Assembly: GCA_963817525.1 (NCBI GenBank)
Contig: CAWFOU010000007.1
Location: forward strand, 224,001-288,000
DNA: 64,000 nt
Reading direction: 5' to 3'
Source of the DNA: an uncultured archaeon
GTDB taxonomy: Archaea > Thermoproteota > Nitrososphaeria > Nitrososphaerales > Gagatemarchaeaceae
How positions within the stretch are numbered: position 1 is the stretch's first letter; each line of letters opens with the position of its first letter. Shown here in pieces: positions 19,601-29,890 of the stretch. The position numbers were made by a program, and so were the translations under genes. Below the pieces are notes generated by a model. That model ran no database searches. It saw nothing but the letters and a program-made list of their open reading frames with translations, and was not told where the DNA came from.

Positions 19601-21154
19601 CTAGTGGGCCGCCGGGACGACTTCCTGGGGCTGAGGTTGGCCAGGAGGCGAGGGAGGAGGAGCCTTCGCCATGTCCTTGAAGGTATAGTTCTTGGTGGCG
19701 AGGCTGAGGATGAGGACGACGGCGGTCAGCACGAGGCCCACCCCGAAGACGACGTTGAAGGCTGTCGCGTTCGGAAGGTACTGGCCGCTGGGGACGGCGT
19801 GGCCGGCTATCTCAACAATGTACGGCGACGTGTAACTCGCCATTATCGCGGTCGCGACTACAGGCCCGACCGCGCCCCCGAGATTCCTGAGCATCGTGTT
19901 GAACCCTAGGGCGACGCCGATGGTCTCCCTCGGCACGGAGAGGGAGATCATGTTCACGATCGGGATTATCACGCCGACTATGCCCACGAGCGAGAAGACC
20001 ATGTCCAGGGACAGGTCGAGGGACGTCGCCCTGTTGAGTATGAAGAGCGAGAGCCCGAGGCCCATGGCGAGGCTGGCTACGATGAGCATCGGCTTCGGCC
20101 CGAAGCGCCCCACCGCCCTCCCCGCCAACGGCCCGGCGATGAGCATGGCGAGCGTCGCCGGCGCGAGCGTGAGCCCGGTGGCCACCACCCCCCTTGCGAG
20201 CCCGAACGGGGTGGGGAGCTCCGCGTAGTAGATTATCGCGAAGAAGAGCAGGAACATCACCATGCCGGAGACGAGGCCCACCAGGTTGGCCACGAGGACG
20301 TTCCTGATCTTGAGGAGGTCGAGCCTTATGAGCGGCTCTGCCACCTTGGTCTCAAAGAAGAAGAAGGCGATGGTGAGGGCGATTCCTGGTATCAGAAGCG
20401 CGATCTCCTCGGTGCTAAACCAGCCGAGAGAAGCTCCCTCGGTCGCGTATATGAGTAGCAGCGTCACGCCCGTCATCAGAATCCCCGCTCCCAGGAAGTC
20501 GACCTTGCGCTTGGCGCGGGGGACGTCCCTCCTTATCACCTTGAGCACTATCGCGAAGAGGACGATGCTCAGGATGAACGCCGTGTGGAACGCGTACTGC
20601 CAGCCGAGGTCTTGGACGACCTCGGAACCGAGTATCAGGCCCGCAGCCGCCCCGATCGCGAAGGTCCCGCTGATGATGCCCTGCGCCTGGGCAATCTTCT
20701 CCCTCGGGAAGGTGTCGGTGATTATCGCGAGGCCGAGGGGGACAATCGCGAAGCCCACGCCCTGGACGGCGCGGGCGAAGATCAGGAAGTATATCGATGG
20801 CGAGAAGCCGGCTATGCCCACGCCAAAAGTGTAGAAGGTCAAGGAGACCAGCACCATCCTCTTCTTGCCGTAGTTGTCCCCAAGCCTCCCGAAGAGAGGC
20901 GCGACGGCGCTCCCCACTATCAGGAAGGCGGAGGTGATCCAGGAGGCGATGGTCGCCGTGCTCGTAAAGTCGTGCTGGATGACGGGGACTCCAGGGATGA
21001 CCATCGTCTCGACGTAGTTCACAAGGAGCGCGACCGCGGTGACGGTCAGGAGCACCCTGGTAGGATACTTGGCGTCTTTCACGGCGATCGCCGTCGTCGG
21101 AGACGCCACTCCGCCGCCTACCTGGGGAGCGGAGGAGGGCTGCGCGGTCGTCAT
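19601..21154 (-). CDS. MFS transporter (DHA2-like)
   Basis: GRLGDNYGKKR motif A, ARAVQGVG, about 14 TMs. Confidence 0.9.
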   Translation of the reverse strand: MTTAQPSSAPQVGGGVASPTTAIAVKDAKYPTRVLLTVTAVALLVNYVETMVIPGVPVIQHDFTSTATIASWITSAFLIVGSAVAPLFGRLGDNYGKKRMVLVSLTFYTFGVGIAGFSPSIYFLIFARAVQGVGFAIVPLGLAIITDTFPREKIAQAQGIISGTFAIGAAAGLILGSEVVQDLGWQYAFHTAFILSIVLFAIVLKVIRRDVPRAKRKVDFLGAGILMTGVTLLLIYATEGASLGWFSTEEIALLIPGIALTIAFFFFETKVAEPLIRLDLLKIRNVLVANLVGLVSGMVMFLLFFAIIYYAELPTPFGLARGVVATGLTLAPATLAMLIAGPLAGRAVGRFGPKPMLIVASLAMGLGLSLFILNRATSLDLSLDMVFSLVGIVGVIIPIVNMISLSVPRETIGVALGFNTMLRNLGGAVGPVVATAIMASYTSPYIVEIAGHAVPSGQYLPNATAFNVVFGVGLVLTAVVLILSLATKNYTFKDMAKAPPPSPPGQPQPQEVVPAAH

Positions 21155-21388
21155 GCTCTGGGGCCGGGGCAAGACAGCCCCCATTTTAACCTGAACCCAT
21201 CGCGTCGACGGTCGCACGAATCAGTCCCCGCCATCGAAGAGGCCTACCGAATCATGCAAGGACGCGCGGGGAAATATTAGCCCGTATCAATTGTCCTGCG
21301 TCGTAATAATAACTTTCAGGACATCTGGCCCCTTCAGTTGTTTAGCTCTTTGATGCGGATAATAACATCGTGCCTGATGTCTAATACA

Positions 21389-21400
21389 ATTTATATATAT
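21389..21400 (+). promoter_or_regulatory. strong TATA box of the small basic protein gene
   Basis: ATTTATATATAT about 20-30 bp upstream of ATG 21421; ACATC-N6-GATGT palindrome at 21365-21380. Confidence 0.7.
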
Positions 21401-21420
21401 CTGGGCGCCCACGATTGGCG

Positions 21421-21591
21421 ATGGAATACACTGCCTACGACGTCAAGGCCAAGAAGAAGGTAAAAATCGTGGACCCGAAAGTGGTCAAGATGAAGAACGG
21501 TCGCTACGCTGTAAAGGGAAAGAGCGCAGTGAGCGGTATCAACGTCTACAGGATCCTTTCGAACGCCGAGTCCAAAGCGGCCAAGAAGTAG
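21421..21591 (+). CDS. 56-aa basic protein, DUF5679/CC1-like putative chromatin protein
   Basis: MEYTAYDVKAKKKVKIVDPKVVKMKNGRYAVKGKSAVSGINVYRILSNAESKAAKK; below the ORF-track cutoff. Confidence 0.8.
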   Translation: MEYTAYDVKAKKKVKIVDPKVVKMKNGRYAVKGKSAVSGINVYRILSNAESKAAKK

Positions 21592-21732
21592 CCCAGCTCC
21601 ATCCACTTGCTCACCGCGGGGCGGTCGGCCTCGACAGCCGGCCGTCCGTGGCCTAATCGACCCCTACCGTAGGGTCTCGCGTGATCTTGGGCAGGGCAGC
21701 TTTTAATACGAAAAGAAGCCATTCAAATCGTC

Positions 21733-22377
21733 ATGCGCATCGCGGTGCTCGGGACGGGCGACGTGGGGAACAGGCTGGCCACCAAGCTGGTATCGCAAGG
21801 CAAAGAGGTCATGATGGGCTCGAGGACAGCGAAGAACCCAAAGGCCGCCGCATGGGCCAAGGCGACGGGCGCCAGGGCCTCGACCGGGACTTTCGAGGAC
21901 GCCGCGAAGTTCGGGGAGTTGGTCTTCAACTGCACGGCGGGCGTGGTCTCGCTGGAGGCGCTCAAGCTCGCGGGCAAGGAGAACCTGGCCGCGAAGGTCC
22001 TCGTTGACGTCTCGAACGCGCTCGACTTTTCCAAAGGGATGCCCCCGACGCTTACGGTGTGCAACACAGACTCACTCGGCGAGCAGATACAGCGGGCGTT
22101 CCCCGACGCGAAGGTCGTGAAAGCACTCAACACGATGGGGAACGAGCTGATGGTCAACCCTGGCCTCGTCCCAGGCGAGCACGACACGTTCGTCTGCGGG
22201 AACGATCAGCAGGCCAAGGCGAAGGTGGTCGAGATACTGCGAGCATTCGGGTGGAAGAGCCCGATAGACCTCGGGGACATCACCGCGGCGCGCGGCCTCG
22301 AGATGATGCTCCCGATCTGGGTCAGGTTGATGGTCACGCTTCGCACGAGGAACTTCAACTTCAAGATCTCGAGATGA
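21733..22377 (+). CDS. NADPH-dependent F420 reductase-like oxidoreductase
   Basis: GTGDVG, GSR, VDVSNAL, SLGEQIQ, VVKALNT. Confidence 0.85.
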   Translation: MRIAVLGTGDVGNRLATKLVSQGKEVMMGSRTAKNPKAAAWAKATGARASTGTFEDAAKFGELVFNCTAGVVSLEALKLAGKENLAAKVLVDVSNALDFSKGMPPTLTVCNTDSLGEQIQRAFPDAKVVKALNTMGNELMVNPGLVPGEHDTFVCGNDQQAKAKVVEILRAFGWKSPIDLGDITAARGLEMMLPIWVRLMVTLRTRNFNFKISR

Positions 22378-22787
22378 AAGGCAAGGTGGGGCACCCGTTC
22401 AAGAGGCTGGCCTACGTCTACGTGGGGACCTCGGACTTTGAGAGGGACCTCGACTACTACGAGAACAAGCTCGGCGCCAGGCTGCTCTGGAACCTGAAGG
22501 CATTCGGGGCGAGGGTCGCCGCCTTCGACCTCTCCGGGGAACCCTACCTTCTCCTGGCCGATCACGTCAAGGCCCCGAGCAAGCGTCTAATCTACGAAGT
22601 CGACGACCTTGAAGACGCGGCCAGGGAGCTGAGGCGCCATGGATGGGAGCCCGACGGGGGACGCTTCGAGATACCAGACGGCCCCTGCATCAGGTTCAAG
22701 GACGCGAGCGGGAACGAGTACGCGATCCTTCAGATGACGAGGCCCCACATACTCGAGAAGGAGACGGCCGGAGGCGGGAGCGGATGA
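22374..22787 (+). CDS. VOC/glyoxalase family protein
   Basis: YEVDDLE...EIPDGPCIRFKDASGN; ATGA overlap with the upstream gene. Confidence 0.8.
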   Translation: MKGKVGHPFKRLAYVYVGTSDFERDLDYYENKLGARLLWNLKAFGARVAAFDLSGEPYLLLADHVKAPSKRLIYEVDDLEDAARELRRHGWEPDGGRFEIPDGPCIRFKDASGNEYAILQMTRPHILEKETAGGGSG

Positions 22788-22794
22788 CCCGGTC

Positions 22795-23475
22795 TCAGCC
22801 CAGGCCCTCGTAGGCCGCCCCCACGAAGCCCGCCATGTCGCCCTCCGCGGACGGGAGGGAGGAGGTCGCTGCGATGTGGACCTGGATGTAGACGTTGCCC
22901 TTCGTGCAGACCCCGTTGGCCACGTACTCCCCGCCCGCGGGGTCGGCCTGCGCGTATCCGTAGCATATACCGTATTGCTCGTAGCCCGTAAGCGTGGAGG
23001 TCGCGTTTGTGAAGCCGGAGGCGGCGGCGTTGGAGATCACGCTCGTGATGTATCTCTGGGCGGAGGAGGGGGTGCCGAACACCAAGATCGTCATGTTGGC
23101 CAGGGCCCCTCCCTGGTTGGAGTAGAGGGCGTACCCACCGCTCACCAGGCCGGTCTCGTTGGGGTTGAGCTGCTTGGACGACCCCTGCAGGTATCCCGAG
23201 GGGACGTGCGCCGCCGCGGAGGAGATTACCGAGGAGGCGAGGACGTCGTAGGACGCCGTCGTCTGGAAAGACGTGGTCGTAGCAGCCGAGCCGAAGGTGC
23301 CGAGCCCGTAGACCAGGAGCGCGACGAGGACGATGAAGACGACCCCTGTCGCGGCGAGGTAGGTCTTGGCCCTGGGCGAGAGCTTGCCACCTGCCGCTCC
23401 GCTCTGGTCCGGGGCCGCACGGCCTGTTTGGGAAGCCTGGAAAAGACGACCCGGAAACATAGAGAAGTCCGCCAA
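22795..23475 (-). CDS. membrane-anchored secreted hypothetical protein
   Basis: TM helix followed by an S/T/G-rich extracellular domain with 2 Cys. Confidence 0.65.
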   Translation of the reverse strand: MADFSMFPGRLFQASQTGRAAPDQSGAAGGKLSPRAKTYLAATGVVFIVLVALLVYGLGTFGSAATTTSFQTTASYDVLASSVISSAAAHVPSGYLQGSSKQLNPNETGLVSGGYALYSNQGGALANMTILVFGTPSSAQRYITSVISNAAASGFTNATSTLTGYEQYGICYGYAQADPAGGEYVANGVCTKGNVYIQVHIAATSSLPSAEGDMAGFVGAAYEGLG

Positions 23476-23569
23476 GCTCGGCGAGAGCCCGACCCCCTAT
23501 AACGCTATCGACTGGGGCAACCCAAGACAGAGACGGGGAGCGCCCCAGCTCGCCTGGGATGGTCGCTGA

Positions 23570-24580
23570 CTAGTTGTAGGGGTTCTCGCTGACGACGTTG
23601 AAGTAGAGGAAGAGGTTGGAGTTGGCAGGGGAGGTCTCGGCGATTTCCGTGACTCCTGGGACGAGGACCTGGGTCGGCACTCCGCCGAAGGTGGAGTAGA
23701 TGGGGTTGCTCTGGGTCGCGTTTGCGTTCGCGGTGGCGGAGGTCTTGGTCCCCATCGCGGCTTGGATTGCTGACAGGCTGTTGAGGCAGTTGCCGGTCGG
23801 GTCTGTCAGGTTCGACTGGACCACCTGAGTGCACTGTCCGGTGATCGCGTTCGGCATCACGTTGGGGTCGAACACGAGCACCACGACCATGTACCACGGG
23901 ATTGACTGCGTGCCGTTGTAGCCCACAACGTGGTCGTGCGCCGGGGTGGGGAGGACTCCCTCAGGAAGCCCGAATATCCCGTTCTGTATGCCTAGGTGCT
24001 GCTCCACCAGAGTGAAGTCGGGCGAGTAGAGGTAAGTAGGGTGGTCCGGGCACGCCGCTCCCGTCCCGCCTGCTCCGCACTGGGTCGGGACGGTCTGGTT
24101 GTCGAAGACTGGGTATCCCTGCGCGGATGCGCCCAGCTTCGCCACTCCGAATATGGAGAGCCCCGCGTAGGCGGGGACGAGCACGAAGACCGGGAGCGCG
24201 TTGGCGACTGCCGTGGAGTTCCCAGCTCCAACCGCGCATCCCGTGTCCTTGGCCGCGGCTGCTGCCTCCGTCGAGTTGAACCCAAAGGTGGTTAAGGAGG
24301 GCGTGCATTGGTAGTTCTGCGTGTATCCGAACGAGACCGTCCCGGAGTTCAAGAGCCCGCCGCTGACGAGCGCCTGCATGACTCCTGAGCTTGAGCTCAT
24401 CATCGATGACTCGGACACGGTCGCCGTGGTCGTCGAAATCACAGTCTCTGTCTTTGTGGGCGAGCTCGTGGTGCCGTACAGGCCAAACCCTATCGCCGCG
24501 ATAACTATCAGCAGGACCGTTACTCCTGCGAAGACTGTGTTGGAAACCGCCGGTCTTCCGTCTGAGGTTCTCATCTTCAT
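23570..24580 (-). CDS. secreted Cys/His-containing hypothetical protein
   Basis: N-terminal TM, T/S linker, CGAGG...CPDHP...PTPAHDH. Confidence 0.75.
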   Translation of the reverse strand: MKMRTSDGRPAVSNTVFAGVTVLLIVIAAIGFGLYGTTSSPTKTETVISTTTATVSESSMMSSSSGVMQALVSGGLLNSGTVSFGYTQNYQCTPSLTTFGFNSTEAAAAAKDTGCAVGAGNSTAVANALPVFVLVPAYAGLSIFGVAKLGASAQGYPVFDNQTVPTQCGAGGTGAACPDHPTYLYSPDFTLVEQHLGIQNGIFGLPEGVLPTPAHDHVVGYNGTQSIPWYMVVVLVFDPNVMPNAITGQCTQVVQSNLTDPTGNCLNSLSAIQAAMGTKTSATANANATQSNPIYSTFGGVPTQVLVPGVTEIAETSPANSNLFLYFNVVSENPYN

Positions 24581-24654
24581 AATTCGCCACTTGCTCGATA
24601 TATAGGCGAATGCCCAGATTACACCCAAATCTCTCCCACCTCGGCGAGCGAGGC

Positions 24655-26086
24655 TCAGGCCTCGATGTAGATGACCTGCGAGCACACAAGCTGGGGGGTG
24701 ACCGCGCTCACGGTGAGCGCGATGGTGGTCGCGCCGGCCGTTCCGCTCGGACCGTCCACGGTCATCGTAGACGAGTACGACCCGTTGCCTGATGCGGGAG
24801 AGAAGGACACGTTGACCTCAGGGCCCGCGCCTTCGGAGTATGCCAGCGTGCTGTGGGAGGAGCCCACCACCTGGATGCCCGCCGAAGCACTCCCGCCGCC
24901 GGAAACGTCGAGAGAGCCCCCTGCGGTGGGAGTGCCCACTGTGACCTCCATGCCGAGCGCCCCGCTCTGGTCGACGGTCCCTACCTTTCCCGTGTAGAAC
25001 TCCGTGAACCAGGGATGGCCGGAAGCGTCGAGCCCGATGGTGAGGGCGCCGCTGATGTTCCCGAGGGAGGCGACCCTCGTGGGGATCTCGTACTCCACCA
25101 GGGTCCGGTTTGAGGGAGTGAACCTCGCTATCGCGTTGCCGTAGTGCTCGTTGAACCAGACGTTGCCGTGAGGGTCGACCGCCACGAAGTAGGGGAGCGT
25201 GGTCTGGATTCCGCTGGGGACGCTCGTGGAGATGATTTGGGTCGAGTTGGTCGCCGGGTCGAGCTCGGCGATGTCGCTCCCCCCGTGGAGGGTCACCCAG
25301 ACATCACCCTGGGAGTCGAGGGCGATCCCGGTTGGGGATGAGGCGCCGACCAGGGGATACTGGTGGAAGGTCCCGTTCGAGAGGGAGCCCACCTTGTCGG
25401 CGTAGACCTCGGTGAACCAGACCACGTCCCCGCTCCCGATCGCTATCCCGGCAGGGCCGGTGAGGGCAGTCCCCGGGGTGGCGGAGGACCCCGTGGGTAC
25501 CGTGTACTCCTGGATGACCCCGTGCGCGGTCACCTCGCCTATCCTCCCGCCGTCTATCTCGGTGAACCATACGTTCCCGCTCCCGTCTATTGCGACCTGG
25601 TAGGGGGAGCTCAGCGCGCTGGGCAGGGGGAACCTGCTGAAGGAGTCGGAGGTCGTGTTGAAGCTCCAGACGGAGTTCCCGAGCTGGTCGGTGAACCAGA
25701 CCAGGCCGTCGGCGTTGTCGACCGCTATGCCCCACGAGACCAGGGAGCCGTTCTGGTGAGGAATCCGGAAGACGTGGGTCTGGCCGCTCCCCGGGTCGAG
25801 CTCGCCTATCGCACAGTCGCCAGCCAGCGTGAACCAGATGTCCCCCTTGGAGTCCGAGGCTATCGCGTTGGGCTCCGAGTCAGTCGCTCCGACCGTGTAT
25901 TCGCTGATGTATCTGGAGACCGCCGGGGAACTCGTCGACGTGGAGACAATGGCGGCGAGCCCGGCCGGAGGAGCTTCCGGGATGACGGGTCACCGAGAGC
26001 GTGACGTAGGCTATCGAGGTGGATGCCAGGAGCACCACGAGGGCGAGCACGAGGATGGCCTGCCGCCTCCTCTGGGGACTGGACAT
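24655..26086 (-). CDS. Vgb (virginiamycin B lyase)-like beta-propeller, secreted, frameshift near 25990
   Basis: Repeated P..IA.D..G.VWFTE blades, continuous from about 25985 to the stop. Confidence 0.82.
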
Positions 26087-26166
26087 TCGGGCTCATCTGC
26101 GCCCGAAGTGTATTATCGTTTGTCCCAAATCGCTCCCATATCGGGCGCGAGCGGCGGCGGAGGCCT

Positions 26167-26476
26167 CTACCTCCACGTGGTCGCGGTGATGCTGCCCAGG
26201 CCGACCGTCTCCATCGCGTTGACTGACCACCAGGTAGGGGGCTGCGGCCTCCACGAGAGGCTGCGCCGAGGAGACCAGGCCGTAGAGGTAGTACCAGAAG
26301 ACGATGATGACCACGTTCTGGAGGAGGAAGAAGACCGCGAAGACGACGAGGCTCGTCGTGAAGGTGGAGCGGAACTTCCTCCAGCTCTGGAGGTAGGCGT
26401 AGATGAGGAGCACCACGAATACCACGTTGGCGAGGGCGAAGACCGCCGCCACGTTCATCCAGAAGATGCTGAACAT
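26167..26476 (-). CDS. small membrane protein, frameshift near 26222
   Basis: 3 TM segments; the corrected C-terminus reads VVVNAMETVGLGSITATTWR. Confidence 0.65.
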
Positions 26477-26504
26477 CTACTCAAAAGCCCCTGCCAAGTT
26501 ATTT

Positions 26505-26927
26505 CTACCTTTTCCCGAATCTAGCCCATATGTCGTCCACGAGGGCGATGTTCTTCTCCACGTAGGGGGCGAGGAAATACATCGCCCCGTAGGTCCCCGA
26601 TGGGGAGCTCGAGACGACGATGGAGTTCTCCCGGAGGATCTTGAGGTGGTGCTGGATGGTCTTGTAGTCCAGGCCGAGCTTCTCGCCGATCTTGTTCGGG
26701 TTTAGGGGCTCGTCGCGGAGGAGCCTCATGATCTGCATCCGGTTGAATCCCCCCTTCGTGCCGACGAGGAGATACATCAGGAGCCGCTTGAACGCGGGGT
26801 CGAAGGACTCGGCGTTGCCCTTGCCCGTCGGCGCTCCTCGGGGGGCTGGAGGCTCGGGAGGCGGGCGTGACGACCGGCTTAGGATCGCGAGGGGGCCTTG
26901 GAATAGCCCCATGAAAGATGGCTGCAA
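26505..26927 (-). CDS. ArsR-like wHTH regulator
   Basis: LLVGTKGGFNR...PLNPNKI...LDYKTIQHHLKIL...YGAMYF. Confidence 0.88.
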   Translation of the reverse strand: MQPSFMGLFQGPLAILSRSSRPPPEPPAPRGAPTGKGNAESFDPAFKRLLMYLLVGTKGGFNRMQIMRLLRDEPLNPNKIGEKLGLDYKTIQHHLKILRENSIVVSSSPSGTYGAMYFLAPYVEKNIALVDDIWARFGKR

Positions 26928-27008
26928 GTGAGCTGGGTGACGTAAGGCCCCGCTCCGTTAATAAATGCGCGTCGCTCCCGAAGAAAAACGGCGGGCGTCG
27001 AGGAGACC

Positions 27009-27455
27009 CTAGCCTCCCCCGGCCTCTCCGCCGAGCTCGTGCGGCCAGATATCCTCCATCTGCTTCTGGTTGTAGTACTTGTGCCCCTTGTGCGTCTCCA
27101 TCTCGTTCTCGAAGAAGTTGACCCTGCATGTCATGCAGTAGTAGTCGGTGGGCGGAGGCTCGAGCCTCTCCTCGAGGCTGTGTACCCGCGCGGCGAACGA
27201 GGATACCGGGAATATCTCGACGCTCCCTATCAGGTAGAGGGGCTCGAGGTAGTCGCGGAGCGCCTCGAAGCTGTCCGTCTGGAGGACAATGAATCGTGCG
27301 TGCTCTATCGGCGCGGTGTATAGCGCCACTATCTTGATCCCGAGCCTGCTGGCGACGTCCACCTGCAGGCTCCGGTAGTGCTTGTCCACGGCCTCCTTCC
27401 CCTCGTTCCCGGGGCACTTCTCGACGCTGTGCCTGTGGGATATCAGGAAGAGCAA
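27009..27455 (-). CDS. DUF3303-like protein with a C-terminal CxxC...HxxH metal site
   Basis: FLISHRHSVEKCP...EH...VEIFPV, then YCMTC...HKGH. Confidence 0.6.
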   Translation of the reverse strand: MLFLISHRHSVEKCPGNEGKEAVDKHYRSLQVDVASRLGIKIVALYTAPIEHARFIVLQTDSFEALRDYLEPLYLIGSVEIFPVSSFAARVHSLEERLEPPPTDYYCMTCRVNFFENEMETHKGHKYYNQKQMEDIWPHELGGEAGGG

Positions 27456-27793
27456 CGCCCGGTCGAGGCCCGGGCTTGAATTAATGCGTTTCTAGGTCAG
27501 CGTGACAAGGGCTTACCTGGGCTGGCGGACGAGACCGGCAGCAATGTGGGATAGCGTCGGACGAGCAGCTTGTCCGCGAGCTGCGCGTCCCCTACGCGAA
27601 AAGGCCGATACAGTCCACGAAGCTGGTGACCAAGTACTACTAGGGAGAGAGGGCCAAGCAGATACTCGATACGCCGAGCACCTGGCACCCCGAGCTAGGC
27701 CTTTGTATTGTTACCCTATATTCCCTATTGTGTCCAATAGATTATTTCGGGAAGTGCTATACTGCCGAGCCGCCCTAAGAGGGACGGCCGAAG

Positions 27794-27979
27794 ATGAGCG
27801 AGGCTGCGCACGCGCGAATCGAACACGAGTCCTCCTGCCAGTACTGCGGAGGGAAGCTGCACCTCGGGTACCACTTCACGTGCCACGTCTGCGGCGATTC
27901 CTACTGCTACATCCACATGGCGAAGCACGCGCGGGCTCACGCCCCGCGGCAAGTCTCCGAGCAGGTCTACGCCAGGTAG
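27794..27979 (+). CDS. AN1-like zinc finger protein
   Basis: CQYC...FTCHVCGDSYCYIH...H. Confidence 0.75.
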   Translation: MSEAAHARIEHESSCQYCGGKLHLGYHFTCHVCGDSYCYIHMAKHARAHAPRQVSEQVYAR

Positions 27980-28021
27980 ACCTGGATAATCTGTCCTGAG
28001 AAATATCGAACCGGGCCGCGC

Positions 28022-29282
28022 CTAGGGCGAGGAGTTCAGGACGAGCGGGCCTTGGAGGCTCAACAGCGAGTCGATGCACGGGAAGCTGCCGCCTGCCCAG
28101 CCGTGGAGGAACGAGCCGCCGCTGATGCATATCCTCCCTCCGGAGTCCTCTATGTGGCCGAGCAGCCCACCCGCGTTGAGCTCTTGCGAGGTGTCCCCGC
28201 CGAGGAATATCAGTCCGTCTCCGCTGATGCGCTTGGTGAGCTCGAGGCCGTTCGAGAAGCCCTTCTCGTAGACGCCGAGCGGGCCCTGCGCGTATCCTCA
28301 ATGGCCTCTCCCCAAGGAGGCTAGCGTACCACTCGAGCGTCTCCGGACCGATGTCACGGATCTCCCCCTTGGTCTTCGGGAGGTCCTCCAGCTTGACGTT
28401 CTTCTTCTCTCCCTTTTCAGTGACCACCACGAAGTCGATCGGGTGCTTGACCCCCGCGTCGGTCTTCCCGGACTTGAGGATGGAGTCGAGCTTCTTCGCC
28501 TCGCCGAGCTCCTCCGCGCTGAACTTCTTCGCGAGGAACGCGTTGTTGGCCTCGCCGAGGTCGTAGCCCTTGGACTTGGCAATCAGCTGCCCGGGGAGCC
28601 CGCCGGTGAATATGTCGACCCCCGTCTTGGCTATCTTCATCAGGTCGTTGACCTTCTGGAGCTTGGCCCCGCCCATGACGAGGGCCTTTGGGTCCTTGCT
28701 CGCGATGACCTCTTGGAGGATCCTCAGCTCGTAGGAGGAGCGCAGCCCTATCCAGGTCGGCGCGATGTAGGGGAGGCACATCAGGGAAGAGTCCTCCCTG
28801 TGCCAGGTCGGGATGGAGTCGTTGATGCAGCTCTTTATCGCGCCCTTGAAGAACGGGACGTAGGTGTTGTGCTCGGCGTCCCACTTCTTCTCCTCCTCGA
28901 AGTACCTCATGTTGTCGAGGAGGATTATCTGCCTCCGCTTGAGGGCCTTGATCTTCTTCTTGGTCTCGGCGGTGAAGACCTTGTCGTGGGGGATGAACTC
29001 GACCGACATGTCCTCTGGGAGGAGCTTCTTCAGGGTCTCGCCGTGTGGCTCGAAGGAGGTGAAGTCGTCGCCACCCTTCCTTCCCTGGTGGGACATGACG
29101 ACGAGCCCGGCGTAATCGGAATACATCTCGAGGACGTGCCCGTAGACCCGCATCCTGAGCGCGTCCTCCTCGATGTGGCCGTGCGAAGCTGGGAGGTTGA
29201 TGTCCACGCGCACGAGCACGGGTGTCTTGAGCTGCCGCCCTAGGTTCACGAGCTTGTAGGGTTGAAGCTTACTCGAGTTCAC
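28022..29282 (-). CDS. pgk: divergent phosphoglycerate kinase, +1 frameshift near 28283
   Basis: VLVRVDINLP, SHQGR, LLDNMRY, MGGAK, DIGPET, GPLGVYE. Confidence 0.75.
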
Positions 29283-29328
29283 ATACGAAGTTTCCTGCGG
29301 ACGATATTTATGAATTCCGGAGCTGTGG

Positions 29329-29814
29329 TCAGGCCCCATCCCCGGCGCGGGAACCCCTGTCGAACATCGTCTGGTTCGGGGCGGTGAAAACCTGCCTCGC
29401 CTCGATCCTCCCGACCAAGAAACCCAGAGCAAGGGTGGCGAGCGGTGGCCAGACCGCCCACAGGAGCGTCCCAGCGGCCTCCGGCAGTATGGTGTAGATG
29501 CTCGGTGGGAGAAGGAAGATGTAATTGCCGTACAGGAAGACGACGACCACTATGAATGCCATCCTGGCCAGGAACGTATTGATCACCTTGCTTTGGAACA
29601 GGTAGACGCAGATGGACTCAGGGGTGAGGAACACGGCAAGGACGAAGAGGACGGAAAGTACCTGGTCCCAAGGATAGACCTCGACCCGGGTGATCAGCCC
29701 CACCTGCGCAAACGCCACTGCGACGATGCCAGTGACGAACGGGAAGGCCAGGCCTACCCCGAAGAATATCTTCGCGAGCGACGTGCCCAGGCTTCTCGGC
29801 TGGTCCACCCCCAA
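29329..29814 (-). CDS. 4-TM hypothetical protein
   Basis: Hydrophobic ORF. Confidence 0.6.
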   Translation of the reverse strand: MGVDQPRSLGTSLAKIFFGVGLAFPFVTGIVAVAFAQVGLITRVEVYPWDQVLSVLFVLAVFLTPESICVYLFQSKVINTFLARMAFIVVVVFLYGNYIFLLPPSIYTILPEAAGTLLWAVWPPLATLALGFLVGRIEARQVFTAPNQTMFDRGSRAGDGA

Positions 29815-29890
29815 AGTCAGGGGGCGACACCACGGGACAGCCGTTTAACCGTTCCCATCACCGTGGCCTCGTCGCTTGAGCTGGCAGCCA

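Noticed and set aside
21350-21378. C/D-box sRNA (TGATG...CTGA)
   Set aside because: Imperfect C box, too short, and it overlaps a promoter region.
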